From a virus (taxonomy: Duplodnaviria > Caudoviricetes): a stretch of 64,000 nucleotides of DNA. This document shows positions 45,701-57,782 of this stretch, piece by piece. The translations under genes and the position numbers were made by a program. The notes under the pieces were generated by a model. It did no database searches. It was not told where the DNA came from and was given only the letters and a program-made list of their open reading frames with translations. Position 1 is the first letter of the stretch, and every line of letters starts with the position of its first letter. Where the stretch lies: IMG/VR virus record IMGVR_UViG_3300028591_000106, positions 1 through 64,000 of that record; one strand, given 5' to 3'.

Positions 45701-48700
45701 CTGAATATAGTATGGATGATTGTGAAGTTGAAACAAACTATATTGATCTTAATAAATGTGAATACTATGATCAAAACGCCGAACCTGAAGAATGCGATTG
45801 TTCTTGCGGCGGCAAGCATTTATGTTTCTATCAAAGATTTGGATATTGTCCTTATCGCTTCGAAACAGAAAAACATGATAGACGAATTAGAACTTTAAGT
45901 GTTTCAAAGTCTAATCGTTTTAATATTATTTAGAGTGAAAGTAAGGTATTTGAAGTCTATCCTTAGTTTTACATCTAGCATAAGGAGAATGGAACAGTAG
46001 TTTAGGATGAAAATGAATAGTATCTAAAGCAAGTATATTTTATCGCAGAAAAAGGAAATGAAAATAAAATAGGTTTTAGATATGAAAAGAATCTTAAAGA
46101 TATTAGTAGAAATATAACAAGTGAGAATATTGTTACTAAGTTATATGTCTTAGATGTTGATAGTGAGCTTTCTAAAACTGGTCTTTGTTCTATAAAAACT
46201 GCTGAGGATAACCCTTCTGCAGATTCATACATTATTGATCTATCTTATTATATTGAAAAAGGTATGCTTGATGAAGATGAAGTTCAGCAAGATTTGTATG
46301 GCGTTTATCCAACTTCATCTAATTCAGAAATTCCTTCTGGCTTCTTAAGATAGCTTGGATACTATAATAAGAGATATGATGAATTAACAAATAAAATCAT
46401 CAATCTTTAGGATGCTTCCTTCAATGAACTTGAAGCTAATTTATAGGTTAATTTGCAAGGAATTATAACCGCTTAGGAGCAAATCTTAAAAGCAAAAAAG
46501 CAAATTGAAAGTTATAAATAGCTTTATGCAGCGAAGGGCGGCACGGAAGCCGATTATAAAGATCAGGCTACATATAAAAATTATCTAACTAAACTCCATG
46601 AATAGCAAGCTACATTAAGCCAGCTTATTTCAGAAACATTTTTCACAAATAAGAAAACAGATACTAGACGCTCAGTTTATTTCTCAAATGAGGGTTAGCC
46701 ATATGATGGACTAATTGAGCAGTTCTCAAGCCAAGGGTTAGATTTTGACGCTCTAGTAAATGTAACAAATCCATTAGAGTTTTTTGAATTGATTGATGAT
46801 TTTAATAAGATTTAGAAGACTTGGGTAGATAAGCATATTTATAATGCAGGTATCCTTGGCTAGTTTAACAAAGAGTATCTTCAAATTCAATAGTGGAAAA
46901 AAGAAAGAGCAAGTTACTTAAAACTAATCAATTAGATTAGCTCAGCTTTCTATAAGAAATATGAGCCTTATCTTAAAGAGGGAACTTGGTCTGATAGTAA
47001 CTATCTTACTGATAATGCTTATTACTTTGGAGCGCTTGATGTGGCGGCACAAGGAGCAATCCCAAAGGTTTCTTACAATATTTCTGTTATTGATATTTCT
47101 TAGCAGAATGAAGAATATGAATCTGCTTATAACTTTGATCTAGCTGATTCCACTTATGTCGAAGATATTGGTATGTTTGGAATCAACAAGAAAACAGGTT
47201 TTCCTAATAAGCTTAAAGTATTGATTAGCGAAGTCTCTGAAAATCCTGACGATCAGAGTAAGAATGGAATTAAGGTTTAGAACTTCACAACTCAGTTTGA
47301 AGATTTATTCTAGCAAGTAACAGCTAGCGTTTAGTCTTTGACATTTAATGAGAATATTTATAAGCGTTCTTCTAATTTCACTTCTTTGCAGAACATTTCT
47401 AATGATAGCTTGCAAGGAGCTCTTGATACAAATGACCTTACGCTTCTTGATACCGATGAAAACAATATTAAAGTTGACAATAATGGTACAAGTGGTAGTG
47501 ATATCAACAATCATGCTAATAAATATAAACTTAATGGTCAAGGATTATATTTCTCTAACGATGGCGGACAACATTGGAGCGTAGGTGTTGGACCAAAAGG
47601 TATCAATGCAGACTATATTAAGGTCGGTAATCTTGATGCAGGTAAGATAAGAATTGCTGATAGTAGCTATGTTTATTTCTCTTGGGATAAAAATGGTATT
47701 GTAGCATATAGAGATCCTGCAGGTATAAATACAGATGATCAGAATATCAATGATATGGCTATATTTAATAAGTACGGTTTAAGTATTGTTCAAAATGGTA
47801 AAATTAAACTTCGTGCAGGCTATGGCTACAATATTGATGAAGATACTATGAATGGAGATATAGACAAAGAAAAAGATTAGGAAAATCATATTGGATTTTA
47901 TTTATATAACGATATGGGTGTTCCTATTTTTGCTACGACAGAGTATGAGGGCGGCGCAAGATTAAGTTTAAGAGGAGAAATTTATGTTACTAATAAAGAT
48001 ATTAATTCAGCAGAAGGATCTTAGGTTGAAACTTCATACATATATAGTAAAAGATTAATTACTCAAGTCCAGCCTTATTATGATTTAAAGTCTGAAAATG
48101 GTTCAACAATTGTCGAACATGGTACATATGATTAGTATTTGATTCTAGCATAGGGAGACGAAATAATTATAGATGGAGAAAATTATACTGTAGATAGTCA
48201 TATTACTGATGATACTCATTATGGAGAAGATTATAAAACAGATATGTATAAAATTTTAATCCATAAAATATCTTTACATAAAACGGATGATGCATCTATC
48301 ATAAAGCAAGTTGATTTTTGCCAAGGTTATAGTTTAATAAATGATAATGAAGTGGCAAATAATTATTACTATTTTGTAAAAAATTATAATTAGAATACAG
48401 TAGTTTTTTATAAAATTACTAATGAAGTTAAACCAGAAGTTATAAAACCGAATCCTCTTACTGGATATTATTATAGCGCATAGTATAATATGGATAGTAG
48501 ATCTATAGATAGTTAGACTAATAGTATTTATTTTAGAGATGCACATCTAGCAAATAATCGTATTCTTGCTTATAAAGATAATGACGACTTGCATTGGACA
48601 GAATAGACCGTTAGAACTGGTAGCGTTGGTTCAAATACTCCAGTATCTTTATATATGAATAATAGTAAACCAGCAACAAATACTTAGGAAGATAGAATTT

Positions 48701-49188
48701 TTTCTTGTGTTAAATGGAGAGATAATCCAAGCACTGGTAGCTCTCATGTTGAAAATTTGTTTACTATTTTAAAAGGTGGTTCACTTTATATTGGAGGAGA
48801 TGTATGGGAATATACTTCTGATACTGGAGACGCCTATAGAGACCCTTCAGACTTAGATAATTTAGGACATAGAGTGTATGTAACGAATCCAGGTATTTCA
48901 ATTATATAGGGAAAATTACACTTAGCATTTTCTTCTGTAATTGATACAACATCTAATCAAAAATTAGATGATTTTGTTCGAGAAGCAGTATCTTAGGGAA
49001 CAAGTGAATTAATTGGACATCATGATCATAGAATATATGTAGATGGAGCAAATACAAAATAGTTTGTAATAGATCCAGAAAGTTAGATAAGTCCAGGAGA
49101 TTAGGTCGCCGCATTTTTAAATGGCGTTTCTATTATTATATTAGCTCCAGGATATGGATATGATATAGGATATACATCTTATTATTGA
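42787..49188 (+). CDS. Tal / baseplate hub-tail spike protein (2133 aa, code 15)
   Basis: Follows Dit; SKSNRFNII, NIVTKLYV, IPKVSYNISVI, LYFSNDGGQHW and GINADYIKVGNLDA motifs typical of Firmicutes siphophage tail-tip proteins. Confidence 0.75.
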
Positions 49189-49198
49189 GGTGAAAGGA

Positions 49199-49579
49199 AT
49201 GGTTTACAGCAATGGAAATTTATATGCTTTAAAATCACTTTTAGATAAAATTAAGAAGCTTCATTTTTCAGTTCAAACACAATATAAGTTTCTTAAAATT
49301 AATAAAGTGGTTTTAAGTGAGATTGATATTTTTGAGCAACAAAAGCAATCTCTCATTGAGAGCTATGCTGAGTTTGATGAAAATAATAAGCTCATTGTAT
49401 CAGAAAATGGAGGAATCAAGATTAAAGAAGAATGTCTTTAGGAGTGTGTTGATAAAATAAATGAAATTAATGCTCTTCAAATTACATTTCCAGACATTTA
49501 CTTCTCTCTTGATGAACTTGAACCTCTTGGCTTAACCCTTGAGGAACTTGAACTTCTTGATCCATTTATTAAAGACTAA
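49199..49579 (+). CDS. Small tail-end protein, DUF1617-like (126 aa, one TAG)
   Basis: Open to TAA at 49577; position after the tail tip gene; family resemblance recalled, not searched. Confidence 0.55.
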
Positions 49580-49580
49580 C

Positions 49581-49615
49581 AAAAAAGGGGGTAGGTTTTA
49601 AACCTACTCCCTTTT
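49581..49615. terminator. Bidirectional terminator between the convergent structural and replication arms
   Basis: A-tract, GGGGGTAGGTTT / AAACCTACTCCC stem, T-tract. Confidence 0.85.
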
Positions 49616-50336
49616 AAAATTCTATCATTCGATTTTGTTGTCCATCATCTGCCGCCCAGCGGCCAATTAAAATCGCATCGGCTTCGTCCTAAGTGACTTG
49701 CACATCATACAATGTTTTTACTAGAATCTAAGCATTCTTCTTTTTGTCATTTCTTTCCTTACCACGGATATTATTAAATGCTCGCCAAGTAGAAGGTGAA
49801 ACGATTTTATAAATAATGCCATTTTCATAGCAATAATTCTTCAAAACTCCTTGAAGATGAGCTAGCTTTTTGTAAGTTACAACAGCTTCACCGCCATCAA
49901 ACTTCTAAAGCTAAATATCTTCAAAAACAACAAGATCAGGCTTCCAAGTTTGAATCATATTTGCAACCCAGTGTTTTGTTTGAGCAATTTTTTCTGTACT
50001 ATGACTTCCAGAAGATGTCCATTTACCAAACTTAACTAAAGTTAAATTATCAAATACTGACCATCCACTTGTGTTTGCCGCCTAGTCAAAAGCTAAAATT
50101 CTATGAGCTTTTCTATCCTTCTTCGGCGCAGTATCATTCATCTAATAATACTTATTAGCTTTACAAATTGGACATTCTTTATGGCGGCGCCAGTATTCCA
50201 TTGTTAAATAATTGTCATGCTTGTTTGGACACTAAAACTACATTTGAGTTTTCAAATTGGTATATGAAGTGGAAATCAGCCTCCATCCGGCTGACTCCAC
50301 TTCTAATTTTATATCTTCGTACTTTAATCGTGCCAT
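49614..50336 (-). CDS. ruvC: RuvC-like Holliday junction resolvase with an N-terminal zinc ribbon (240 aa, code 15; absent from the ORF track)
   Basis: ILAFD(Q)AANTSGW, VVFEDI(Q)L(Q), LAHLQGV, PSTWR, DEADAILIG; CPNKH...CPIC. Confidence 0.85.
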
Positions 50337-50343
50337 TAAAGCA

Positions 50344-51195
50344 TCAACTCTTTACTCCGGTACTTCCAAAACCACCTTCACCGCGCTCTGTTGTACCGAG
50401 GTCTTCAACAGTTTCTACCTCTTCCCACTTGATACGAGGAACAGGAGAAATAACAAGTTGAGCAATCTTCATTCCCTTATCAATTACATAAGGAATATCT
50501 TTTGTATTAGTCATGATAATACCAATTTCACCACGATAATCAGAGTCAATAGTGCCTGGAGCATTCGCAATTCTAAGACCAGACTTCAAGCTTAATCCGC
50601 TACGAGGACGGACTTGAATCTCATAACCGACAGGAATTGCAACTGCAATACCAGTCTTTACAATCTTAGTCTCTCCAGCGGCAATAGTTGTTCCTTCAAC
50701 AGCGTAAACATCTGCACCAGCATCAGTTGGATGAGCATATTGAGGAATAATTGCTTCAGGATCGAGCTTAGTAATTTTTACCTTAACATATTCTCTACAG
50801 CCGCCCTTAAGGATCTCCTCGGCAATATCAATAGAGTTTGTAAAGATAGATGAAATAAGATCCTTCTTGTTTTCAGAAAGTGATTCATCATCAGTAATCT
50901 CAGAGAGAAAAACTGAAAGTTCTGCTCTAAGCATCTTTAAATCTTCAGGTGGATTCATTTTCATTTGAGAAACAAGGTCTCTCTGTGCATCAGGATTCTC
51001 AAAGAGTCCTTTTACTCTTTCCTTATAAGTCGGATAAATTGCATCAAAAGCAGGATCGGGAAGTTCAAGAACATAAACGAATTGCTCTAAAGAGGTTGGA
51101 TCTAGTGCCAGAGCATTACCGATTGCCTACTGAAGTTCTGGCTTTAATTTGACTTTCTTATTATCGTTCTTATGTTGTTCAATATTAGCCTTCAT
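50344..51195 (-). CDS. dut: Trimeric dUTPase with a ~135-aa N-terminal extension (283 aa, one TAG)
   Basis: AGADV, RPRSGL, GTIDSDYRGEI, IAQLV, RGEGGFGSTG; GGAGG RBS before ATG at 51195. Confidence 0.9.
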
Positions 51196-51943
51196 TATTA
51201 TTGTCCTCCGTATTTTCATTTGGGATGCCATTTATATTGGTACAAATGTCATCAATAATGTTATATTTAATAGCACTTTTTACATCAAAATACCAATCAT
51301 CTGTCTTATGCTTATCATAAAGCTCTGGAGAAATATCTGTATGTCCCAAAACATACTTTTTAATTTCTTTTAACATACCCTTATAATTATCAGATTGCTG
51401 TAAAGCCTTATGTGCATCTCCTGAAATTAAAGTAGAACCCTAATGGAACATAAAGGAAGCGTGTGGGAAAGCATATCTCTAATGACCAGCAAGAGTAATA
51501 AAGAATCCTCCGCTATAAGCAGTACCAGTAACAATCGTTACAACAGGTGTTTTAGAATTTTCAATGCAATCAATAATTAACCAAGTCGCATAAAGATCGC
51601 CGCCTGGAGTATTGATATAAAATTGAATAGCAGGTCTTAATTCTTCTGGTACCTCATTAAAAATATCTTGTGCATTCCAGAACTAAATCTGCTGTAAGAT
51701 TCGCTGTGCAATCTCATCGGTAATTTCTTCATTAAGATAAATCTTTCTATCTACGAAATGAAATTTCTGTAATACATCAATAGGATTATAGTCATTCTGT
51801 GGACCAGTTAGCTCTTTGATAAAATTATCTGCCTAAATACCTTCAAGCTATTCATAAACCTATCTAAGTTCTTCACTGAATGTTTCAAATGGTTTAAGGT
51901 TCCCCTGTGAGTCAAAAAAGTCAAGTCTAATTTCTTTATCCAT
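51185..51943 (-). CDS. clpP: ClpP-family protease (252 aa, code 15)
   Basis: YINTPGGD, AYSGG (catalytic Ser), FMFH(Q) (His), DWYF...AIKYNIID. Confidence 0.85.
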
Positions 51944-52103
51944 TTTGTTCCTCCTCAAGAGCAGCGATCTGGTCTTTTATTGCAGTAATCTCATTCACTA
52001 GCTCATTAATTTCTGGATTTAAAGTAAAGATGTGTAACTCAAGCTTTTGCAGCTCTTCCTCTTTTTGCTTAAGCTCGAATTTTAGTTGATCAAGAGTTGT
52101 CAT
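51936..52103 (-). CDS. Small coiled-coil protein (55 aa)
   Basis: AAGGAGG RBS; first gene after the promoter at 52127-52155. Confidence 0.7.
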   Translation of the reverse strand: MTTLDQLKFELKQKEEELQKLELHIFTLNPEINELVNEITAIKDQIAALEEEQNG

Positions 52104-52126
52104 TATCATCCCTCCTTTATAATAAT

Positions 52127-52155
52127 ATTATACCATAAAATGTGAATTAAGTCAA
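52127..52155 (-). promoter_or_regulatory. sigmaA promoter
   Basis: TTGACT-17-TATAAT with TG. Confidence 0.85.
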
Positions 52156-53079
52156 GTATTTAAGGTATTTATCCTTAAATTGCTGTGGGGTTATATCTTG
52201 TGGGTTTTGATATAATAGCTCTTTCGGTTTGAAATTAAAATGAAAGCTATCAATAGGAAGATATCCACTATATTTTTTTCTAAAATCCACATAACTATTT
52301 TGTTCACGGTTCTAACCCCAGTGAATAATAGTTGTACCTAATTCATCATTAGGGCAAGGAAAATGAAAAGGAATCCTTTCATTTGAAAAGGTTTTAACAA
52401 AGGCAATGAAAGCTAACAGCTCTTTGTGAGAAACGGTTAAATTGTTAAAAAATATATTTTTAGTATCTAGCAATTCTCTTACAAGTTCTTCATCAAAAGA
52501 TATAGGAACAACAATCTTCGCGCCTGCATAGTTTTTATGCATAAGACTTTTTATCTGATCTTCGCCGGGATATAGTGTATAGATAAATTTAATATTATTG
52601 TCAAAATGATCAAATAACTCTTCCCAGTCATAATTATCCATGAAGTCTCGATCAGCAACATATGTAATGCCCGCGCCGGTTCTTACTCCTGAAAAATCTT
52701 TATCTCGCCAACTAATAAGGCTGTTCTGTCGAATTGACTTAAATAGCGTCTTATTTTTAATACGATCATAATTCATTTCATATGGCGTGAAGTCTGGCGG
52801 CGTAGCTAATGTTTCTGCAAGAAGATTTGATTTACCATAGAAGCCATATCCAACCATTTTTCCTTTTTCAGTATTGATTGTTAATCCTTTTGGAATAGGA
52901 TTCTTTCCTTCTTTAAAGTAGAAGATTTTATTGTATCGTCCTGTATTTTCATAAGGCTTCATCATAATAACAATATGACCTTCATCAGAAAGCTTTCTAT
53001 AAGCCTTCATCAAAGGAAGGCTTATAGAAAAATTTTGTCCATGATTAAAGTCGATATCATAAAGTCCAATTGTTGCCAT
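52147..53079 (-). CDS. Hypothetical protein (310 aa with TAG 52312-52314 read as Q)
   Basis: TAATG-coupled to dnaE; frame stays open for a further 54 codons to TAA at 52147. Confidence 0.7.
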
Positions 53080-56000
53080 TATTCATCTACCTCCGCACGC
53101 TCTGTTGTAGACTTGGTGATAAATCCATCTGCATCCATTTCTTCGATTTTTTCAAAAAGAGGGAAGCTAGTGTTTTTATATTTCTTCGGAACGAAATCGT
53201 CTTCTCTTCTAATACCAGTTATAATCAATTTATTACCGCGTGCGAAGAAACTCTTTTCAATAACAGTTTTTGTACCGTCTGGATTCTTTCGGCTAATTTG
53301 ACGATCCCATTTAGCATACTGATTCTTCCAAACTTTTACATTAACTACCTGCATTTCCGGTGTTAAGATCGTTACTGTACTTTTGTTCTTATCTTTATCA
53401 ATAACCGTACCACAAATACGACTGATCTCATAAAGACGAATGATTCCACCATCTTTAGATTTAAATTCGCTTGCAATTTTTGGCTGTTCATCCAGATACT
53501 CAAATGGAGTAATATTATAGGCTCCAAATTTCAAATCTTTCAACTCATGTTCATGACAATAAGTTCCAAGAGAATCCATATCCCATTTATCAATTGAGCC
53601 AAGAGCATACTTCTGTCTCACTTCTTCATAAAGTGCATTATTAAGTTGAGTAAGAATCTCCATTTGATTCTTTTTCATCCAAGCCCTGACTCTATCCATT
53701 GACTTCTGATAGATTGTTTCCCATTTAGTTTGCTTAATCAAAGCATAAGATTCAAACAAGCTAATATTCACAGTTTCAAGCAAATCTGGATCAAAATGGT
53801 CTGTGAAGAACTTTACTGCGGCATCATCAAGACGGTAACAATCACCTTCAACATTGCCCTTCAAATACTTATTGAAGTTATAGACTTTTGCTTCAAATAC
53901 AAGATCATCTGGGATTAAATCTTTTTTCATCAGCATCATCATATTTTGAAGTGTGATTCTCTTTTTCTTATCTGCGATAAGATCAAGATACTTCATCATT
54001 ACTTCTACTCTATTGCCGCGATAAAGATTATCAAAAGCACCAGATTTAATTAAAGACACCATTTGAGTTTTATTAACCTTAACTTTTGCCATAAAATCTT
54101 CCATTGAAGTGTAAGGTCTATTTGCAATAATTTCATAAACAAGCGCAGTTCCAATTCTATCAATACCTTTAAGTCCATAAATAATAGCATTTGCTTCGAC
54201 ATCAGGCTTAAAGATAAGATCAGATTTATTTATGTCTGGCGGCAAAACATTAATGCCGGCTTTCTTTGACTTACCGAGAGCAACACTAATCTTACCATAG
54301 TTAACAGACTTATTCTTTTTCTTCTTTGGAGTATCTTCACTTTCGTCATCTTCTTCTTCTCTATCGACATCGTCTGCATCAAGAAGATCTGCACCACCTG
54401 CATTTGTAATCAAACAAGCACAATTCCAATAAATATCATTATACTGCGTTGCAAGTACAAGTGTTTGAATGCCTACATAAGAATAAGCTAATGCGTGAGG
54501 CTTTGCAAAAGAATACCCCATTTGAGGTCCCATTGTAGTTTCCCACACATACTCTCCGAAGTTCTTTGTTTCACACGCATTGATAAACTTTTCATGTAAC
54601 TCTGGAATCTTATCCATCTTTTTCTTAGCAACAATTTTTCTTGTTGCGTTAGCTTCAGACAAAGAAAAGTTTGCTACATGCTCGTCCATGCAAATCTCCA
54701 TCATATCTTCCTGAGATGCAGGAACACCATAGTTAGGGAGATAATATGGTTCAAGAGTTTTAATTTGAGATTCAGTCAATCCTGCCGTTCTACATTCTTG
54801 ATACCAAGCACTCATATCTTCCTTTAATCTACAATATCTATCAAGAGGTCTCTCCTTATCTTTTTCTCCCATCAATCTCATTAGAGCATTTGCAGACATC
54901 ATCTCAGTAGGATTACGAGGCTTAACCTGTTTTGCTGTTGCAAGACCAACACCAGTACTGAACTGGAATACATCAAGAACTTTACCTTCGCCAAGTGCAT
55001 CCCAAATTTCAGAATTGTTCAAATCAATAACATCAGGATTCAAATATTTATCATATGCTTCTCTTAAACTTAAATTCGGATCCATAAGACCATCTTTTTG
55101 TAACAGGTTAACTGCAATAGTGATCTTATCACAAATTTCTGTAACAAGGAAGTCATACTTAACATCGCCCAATGATTCTGCTTCATGAAGTGAATATTGC
55201 GTAGTTAAGTCTCCATTAGGACTTCTCATGATTGCTCCAGTTTCAAATGGGCTTTCATTATAAAGAATAACACCAGATGCGTGCTGTCCTCTTTTATTTA
55301 CAAGACCATCAATAGACTCAATGATGTCAAGAAGCCCCGGATATTTATTCAGCTCATTTACAAGAGCTTGGATTGGCTTTCTTTCTTTCTCTTCATTGCC
55401 ATAAACTGCATCATGAATTGACCACAAGAAACCACGCTCTTGAGGAATCAAAGAGCTAAAATATAGAGCCGTATCAGAATCAATTCCTTCAGGATATGCC
55501 TCAGAACGATAACCTCTACATGCCGCGGCAATAGCTGAACGAGTTCCTTCTGTACCATAAGTACAAACCTGAATAACATTCAGTTCTCCACGCTCCTGAC
55601 GAATCGCTTTAAAGATTGAACTTCTCTTTGAAGGAGTAAGGTCAATATCAATATCAGGCAACTCTACACGCTCTTCATTAAGAAAACGCCAATATTTAAG
55701 TCCCCACTTCAGAGGATCAAGTTGAGTAATTCCAAGAAGATAATTACTTAAGAAACAAACTGCAGAACCACGCCCAGGTCCAACGATTGAACCATTATCC
55801 CAGAACAAGTCAATATAATGCTTAAAAGTATTAAAATATTCATAAAGGCAGTTGCCGAGCTTTTCACCAACAACTTTAATAACTCTAGCTTCTGTTTCAA
55901 GTCTCTTTAAATATTCAGAGTTAATCAAGTTCTTATCTTTTAATGAAATAAAGCATTCATTTACCCAATATCTTTCCTGCTCATTATCACTCATAAACAA

Positions 56001-57014
56001 TTGGATAAGAGTCGGATAATCCCCTTTAAATGTCATTGGGATTTTAGGATATTGATGAACTGTGACTTTAGGAATGATTGGCTGCCTAAATAAATCGTAA
56101 GTCTCAATTTTGTCATAAATTTCCATTGAGTTACGGCACATTTCAAAAAACTCTTCCAAATCAAAAGTTCCTTGAAGATTGCCAAATGCTTCTTCATTAT
56201 CCATCATATGAGAATAAGCATAAAACTCGTCAACTTCTCGCTCTGCTTCTTTTGAGTTAAGATATGCTTTATGAACCTGACGCTCTTTTGCAGTTAAATA
56301 GTGGGCATCAGAACCAATAACAAGTTTTCTTCCATATGCTCTCGCAATAGACTTAACACGCTCATTAAACTTTATCTGGTCCTTTGATGCCGCGGCGGCA
56401 ATTTCAATATAAAAGTCATCACCAAACAAATCTATGTTCCAACGAATAAACTCGTCAATTTTCATTTTCCAATCATAGATCTCTGCTTCACTATTATTAT
56501 GCTCAGCTTTGATCAACTCAAAAACAAAATGAGGAAGTTCTCCACCAATACAGGCTGTTGTTGCAATTAAAGTATTCGGATACTTTCTTACAATTTCTTC
56601 AAGCTCATTCTTTTGAGTCGGCACTCTCATAATACCACGAGAGTTAAAACCATTATACCATGCGATAGAACTAAGTTCTCTTAAGGCTCTATGTCCTTCA
56701 GTATTCTTCGCAATAAGAATGTAGTGCCAATATCTTTCAATATTGGTCCTATCATCAACCAAATAAATCTCATTGCCGCAAGCACATTTAAATTCTTTCG
56801 GAATCAAACCTTTTTCCTTTAATTCCTTTTCACACATCAGCCATTCGACATGACCGGCAACAGTCTCGTGGTCTGTCAATGCAATACCAGCCATTCCAAG
56901 TTTGTGTGCTGTTAAAATCATATCTTTTGGACGATTGATAGAATCAATCAATCTAAAATTTGAAAACATGCTATGGCTATGGTCATCAAATCTAGGTACA
57001 CTATTAAGATCCAT
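53079..57014 (-). CDS. dnaE: DNA polymerase III alpha subunit (1311 aa)
   Basis: PHP domain (HSHS, ALTDH, SDAHY), GPGRGSA, LPDIDID, GQHASGV, KYDFL, YSFAKPHA; no TAG. Confidence 0.95.
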   Translation of the reverse strand: MDLNSVPRFDDHSHSMFSNFRLIDSINRPKDMILTAHKLGMAGIALTDHETVAGHVEWLMCEKELKEKGLIPKEFKCACGNEIYLVDDRTNIERYWHYILIAKNTEGHRALRELSSIAWYNGFNSRGIMRVPTQKNELEEIVRKYPNTLIATTACIGGELPHFVFELIKAEHNNSEAEIYDWKMKIDEFIRWNIDLFGDDFYIEIAAAASKDQIKFNERVKSIARAYGRKLVIGSDAHYLTAKERQVHKAYLNSKEAEREVDEFYAYSHMMDNEEAFGNLQGTFDLEEFFEMCRNSMEIYDKIETYDLFRQPIIPKVTVHQYPKIPMTFKGDYPTLIQLFMSDNEQERYWVNECFISLKDKNLINSEYLKRLETEARVIKVVGEKLGNCLYEYFNTFKHYIDLFWDNGSIVGPGRGSAVCFLSNYLLGITQLDPLKWGLKYWRFLNEERVELPDIDIDLTPSKRSSIFKAIRQERGELNVIQVCTYGTEGTRSAIAAACRGYRSEAYPEGIDSDTALYFSSLIPQERGFLWSIHDAVYGNEEKERKPIQALVNELNKYPGLLDIIESIDGLVNKRGQHASGVILYNESPFETGAIMRSPNGDLTTQYSLHEAESLGDVKYDFLVTEICDKITIAVNLLQKDGLMDPNLSLREAYDKYLNPDVIDLNNSEIWDALGEGKVLDVFQFSTGVGLATAKQVKPRNPTEMMSANALMRLMGEKDKERPLDRYCRLKEDMSAWYQECRTAGLTESQIKTLEPYYLPNYGVPASQEDMMEICMDEHVANFSLSEANATRKIVAKKKMDKIPELHEKFINACETKNFGEYVWETTMGPQMGYSFAKPHALAYSYVGIQTLVLATQYNDIYWNCACLITNAGGADLLDADDVDREEEDDESEDTPKKKKNKSVNYGKISVALGKSKKAGINVLPPDINKSDLIFKPDVEANAIIYGLKGIDRIGTALVYEIIANRPYTSMEDFMAKVKVNKTQMVSLIKSGAFDNLYRGNRVEVMMKYLDLIADKKKRITLQNMMMLMKKDLIPDDLVFEAKVYNFNKYLKGNVEGDCYRLDDAAVKFFTDHFDPDLLETVNISLFESYALIKQTKWETIYQKSMDRVRAWMKKNQMEILTQLNNALYEEVRQKYALGSIDKWDMDSLGTYCHEHELKDLKFGAYNITPFEYLDEQPKIASEFKSKDGGIIRLYEISRICGTVIDKDKNKSTVTILTPEMQVVNVKVWKNQYAKWDRQISRKNPDGTKTVIEKSFFARGNKLIITGIRREDDFVPKKYKNTSFPLFEKIEEMDADGFITKSTTERAEVDE

Positions 57015-57090
57015 TATTTACCTCCATCAATGCCGCCGAGCTATTAAGCAGGGACATTCATTTAAGTCTTTTTTACCTCTTTATATATAT

Positions 57091-57119
57091 ATTATACCAT
57101 ATTTTATAAAAAAAGTCAA
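57091..57119 (-). promoter_or_regulatory. sigmaA promoter for dnaE, overlapping the upstream terminator hairpin
   Basis: TTGACT-17-TATAAT with TG; AAGTCAGGGG / CCCTTGACTT hairpin near 57113-57140. Confidence 0.85.
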
Positions 57120-57124
57120 GGGTT

Positions 57125-57250
57125 TTAACGCCCCTGACTTTTCTTCTACTTATTTGATTTCTGGATTTCCTTATTGCGTCTTTCGATAGCATCCTTATTC
57201 TTTTCGATACGCTCAATCCACTCTTTCTTATTATCGGTTCTCATGCTCAT
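57125..57250 (-). CDS. Small basic protein (41 aa, one TAG)
   Basis: ATGA overlap with the upstream gene; fills the gap to the terminator. Confidence 0.5.
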
Positions 57251-57558
57251 TGAAATTCACCCCTAAATGGTTCTTTATCAAGGCTTAAAGTTCCAATTGT
57301 TGGAACGATGCCAGCTCCAGCAAGTAGCTGCTCTAAAACAGTATCTACATCATCAACAATTACATATGCGCTGAAGAATTTTCTGTCAATGACTTCCTGA
57401 ACTGTATGCACAGCGACTGGCGGCAAGCCAAGCTCTCTGCAGCGATCCTTATAAATCTTAGGATTCCATGCGGTCAAAATTGGACAATGAAGTCTTGCAG
57501 CTTCTTTACAAGCCCAAGTAGTTTTTCCGAATCCACGCGGCATAATAATAAATTTCAT
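57247..57558 (-). CDS. Minimal P-loop NTPase-like protein (103 aa)
   Basis: PRGFGKTT and VIVDDVD. Confidence 0.65.
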   Translation of the reverse strand: MKFIIMPRGFGKTTWACKEAARLHCPILTAWNPKIYKDRCRELGLPPVAVHTVQEVIDRKFFSAYVIVDDVDTVLEQLLAGAGIVPTIGTLSLDKEPFRGEFQ

Positions 57559-57578
57559 TCAATCAACTCCGTTAAAAA

Positions 57579-57782
57579 TTATTGCCATTTCTTTACTAAG
57601 GTTACAATAACCCATTCATCAATGATCTCACCCTTGGATTTCTTATCTTTCTTTACCATTTTATAAGAAACCAATTCATATCCCTCTCCTTCAGGATCAC
57701 GCTTAGCCTAGTCAATTAACGCCTAGGCTTCAGCTTCATTATTGACTCTCCATTCCTCTGTCTTCTTGCATAGTTCTCCCAT
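57579..57782 (-). CDS. Hypothetical protein (67 aa, two TAG)
   Basis: GGAG RBS; open frame to TAA. Confidence 0.65.

Noticed and set aside
49614-50336. TnpB/Cas12-like RNA-guided nuclease partnering the ncRNAs
   Set aside because: It has contiguous resolvase-type RuvC motifs, is only 240 aa, has the zinc ribbon N-terminal, and sits in a replication operon 48 kb from the RNAs.
53079-57014. Intein or intron in dnaE
   Set aside because: I saw no intein splice-junction or homing-endonuclease motifs, and the polymerase motifs are in normal order.
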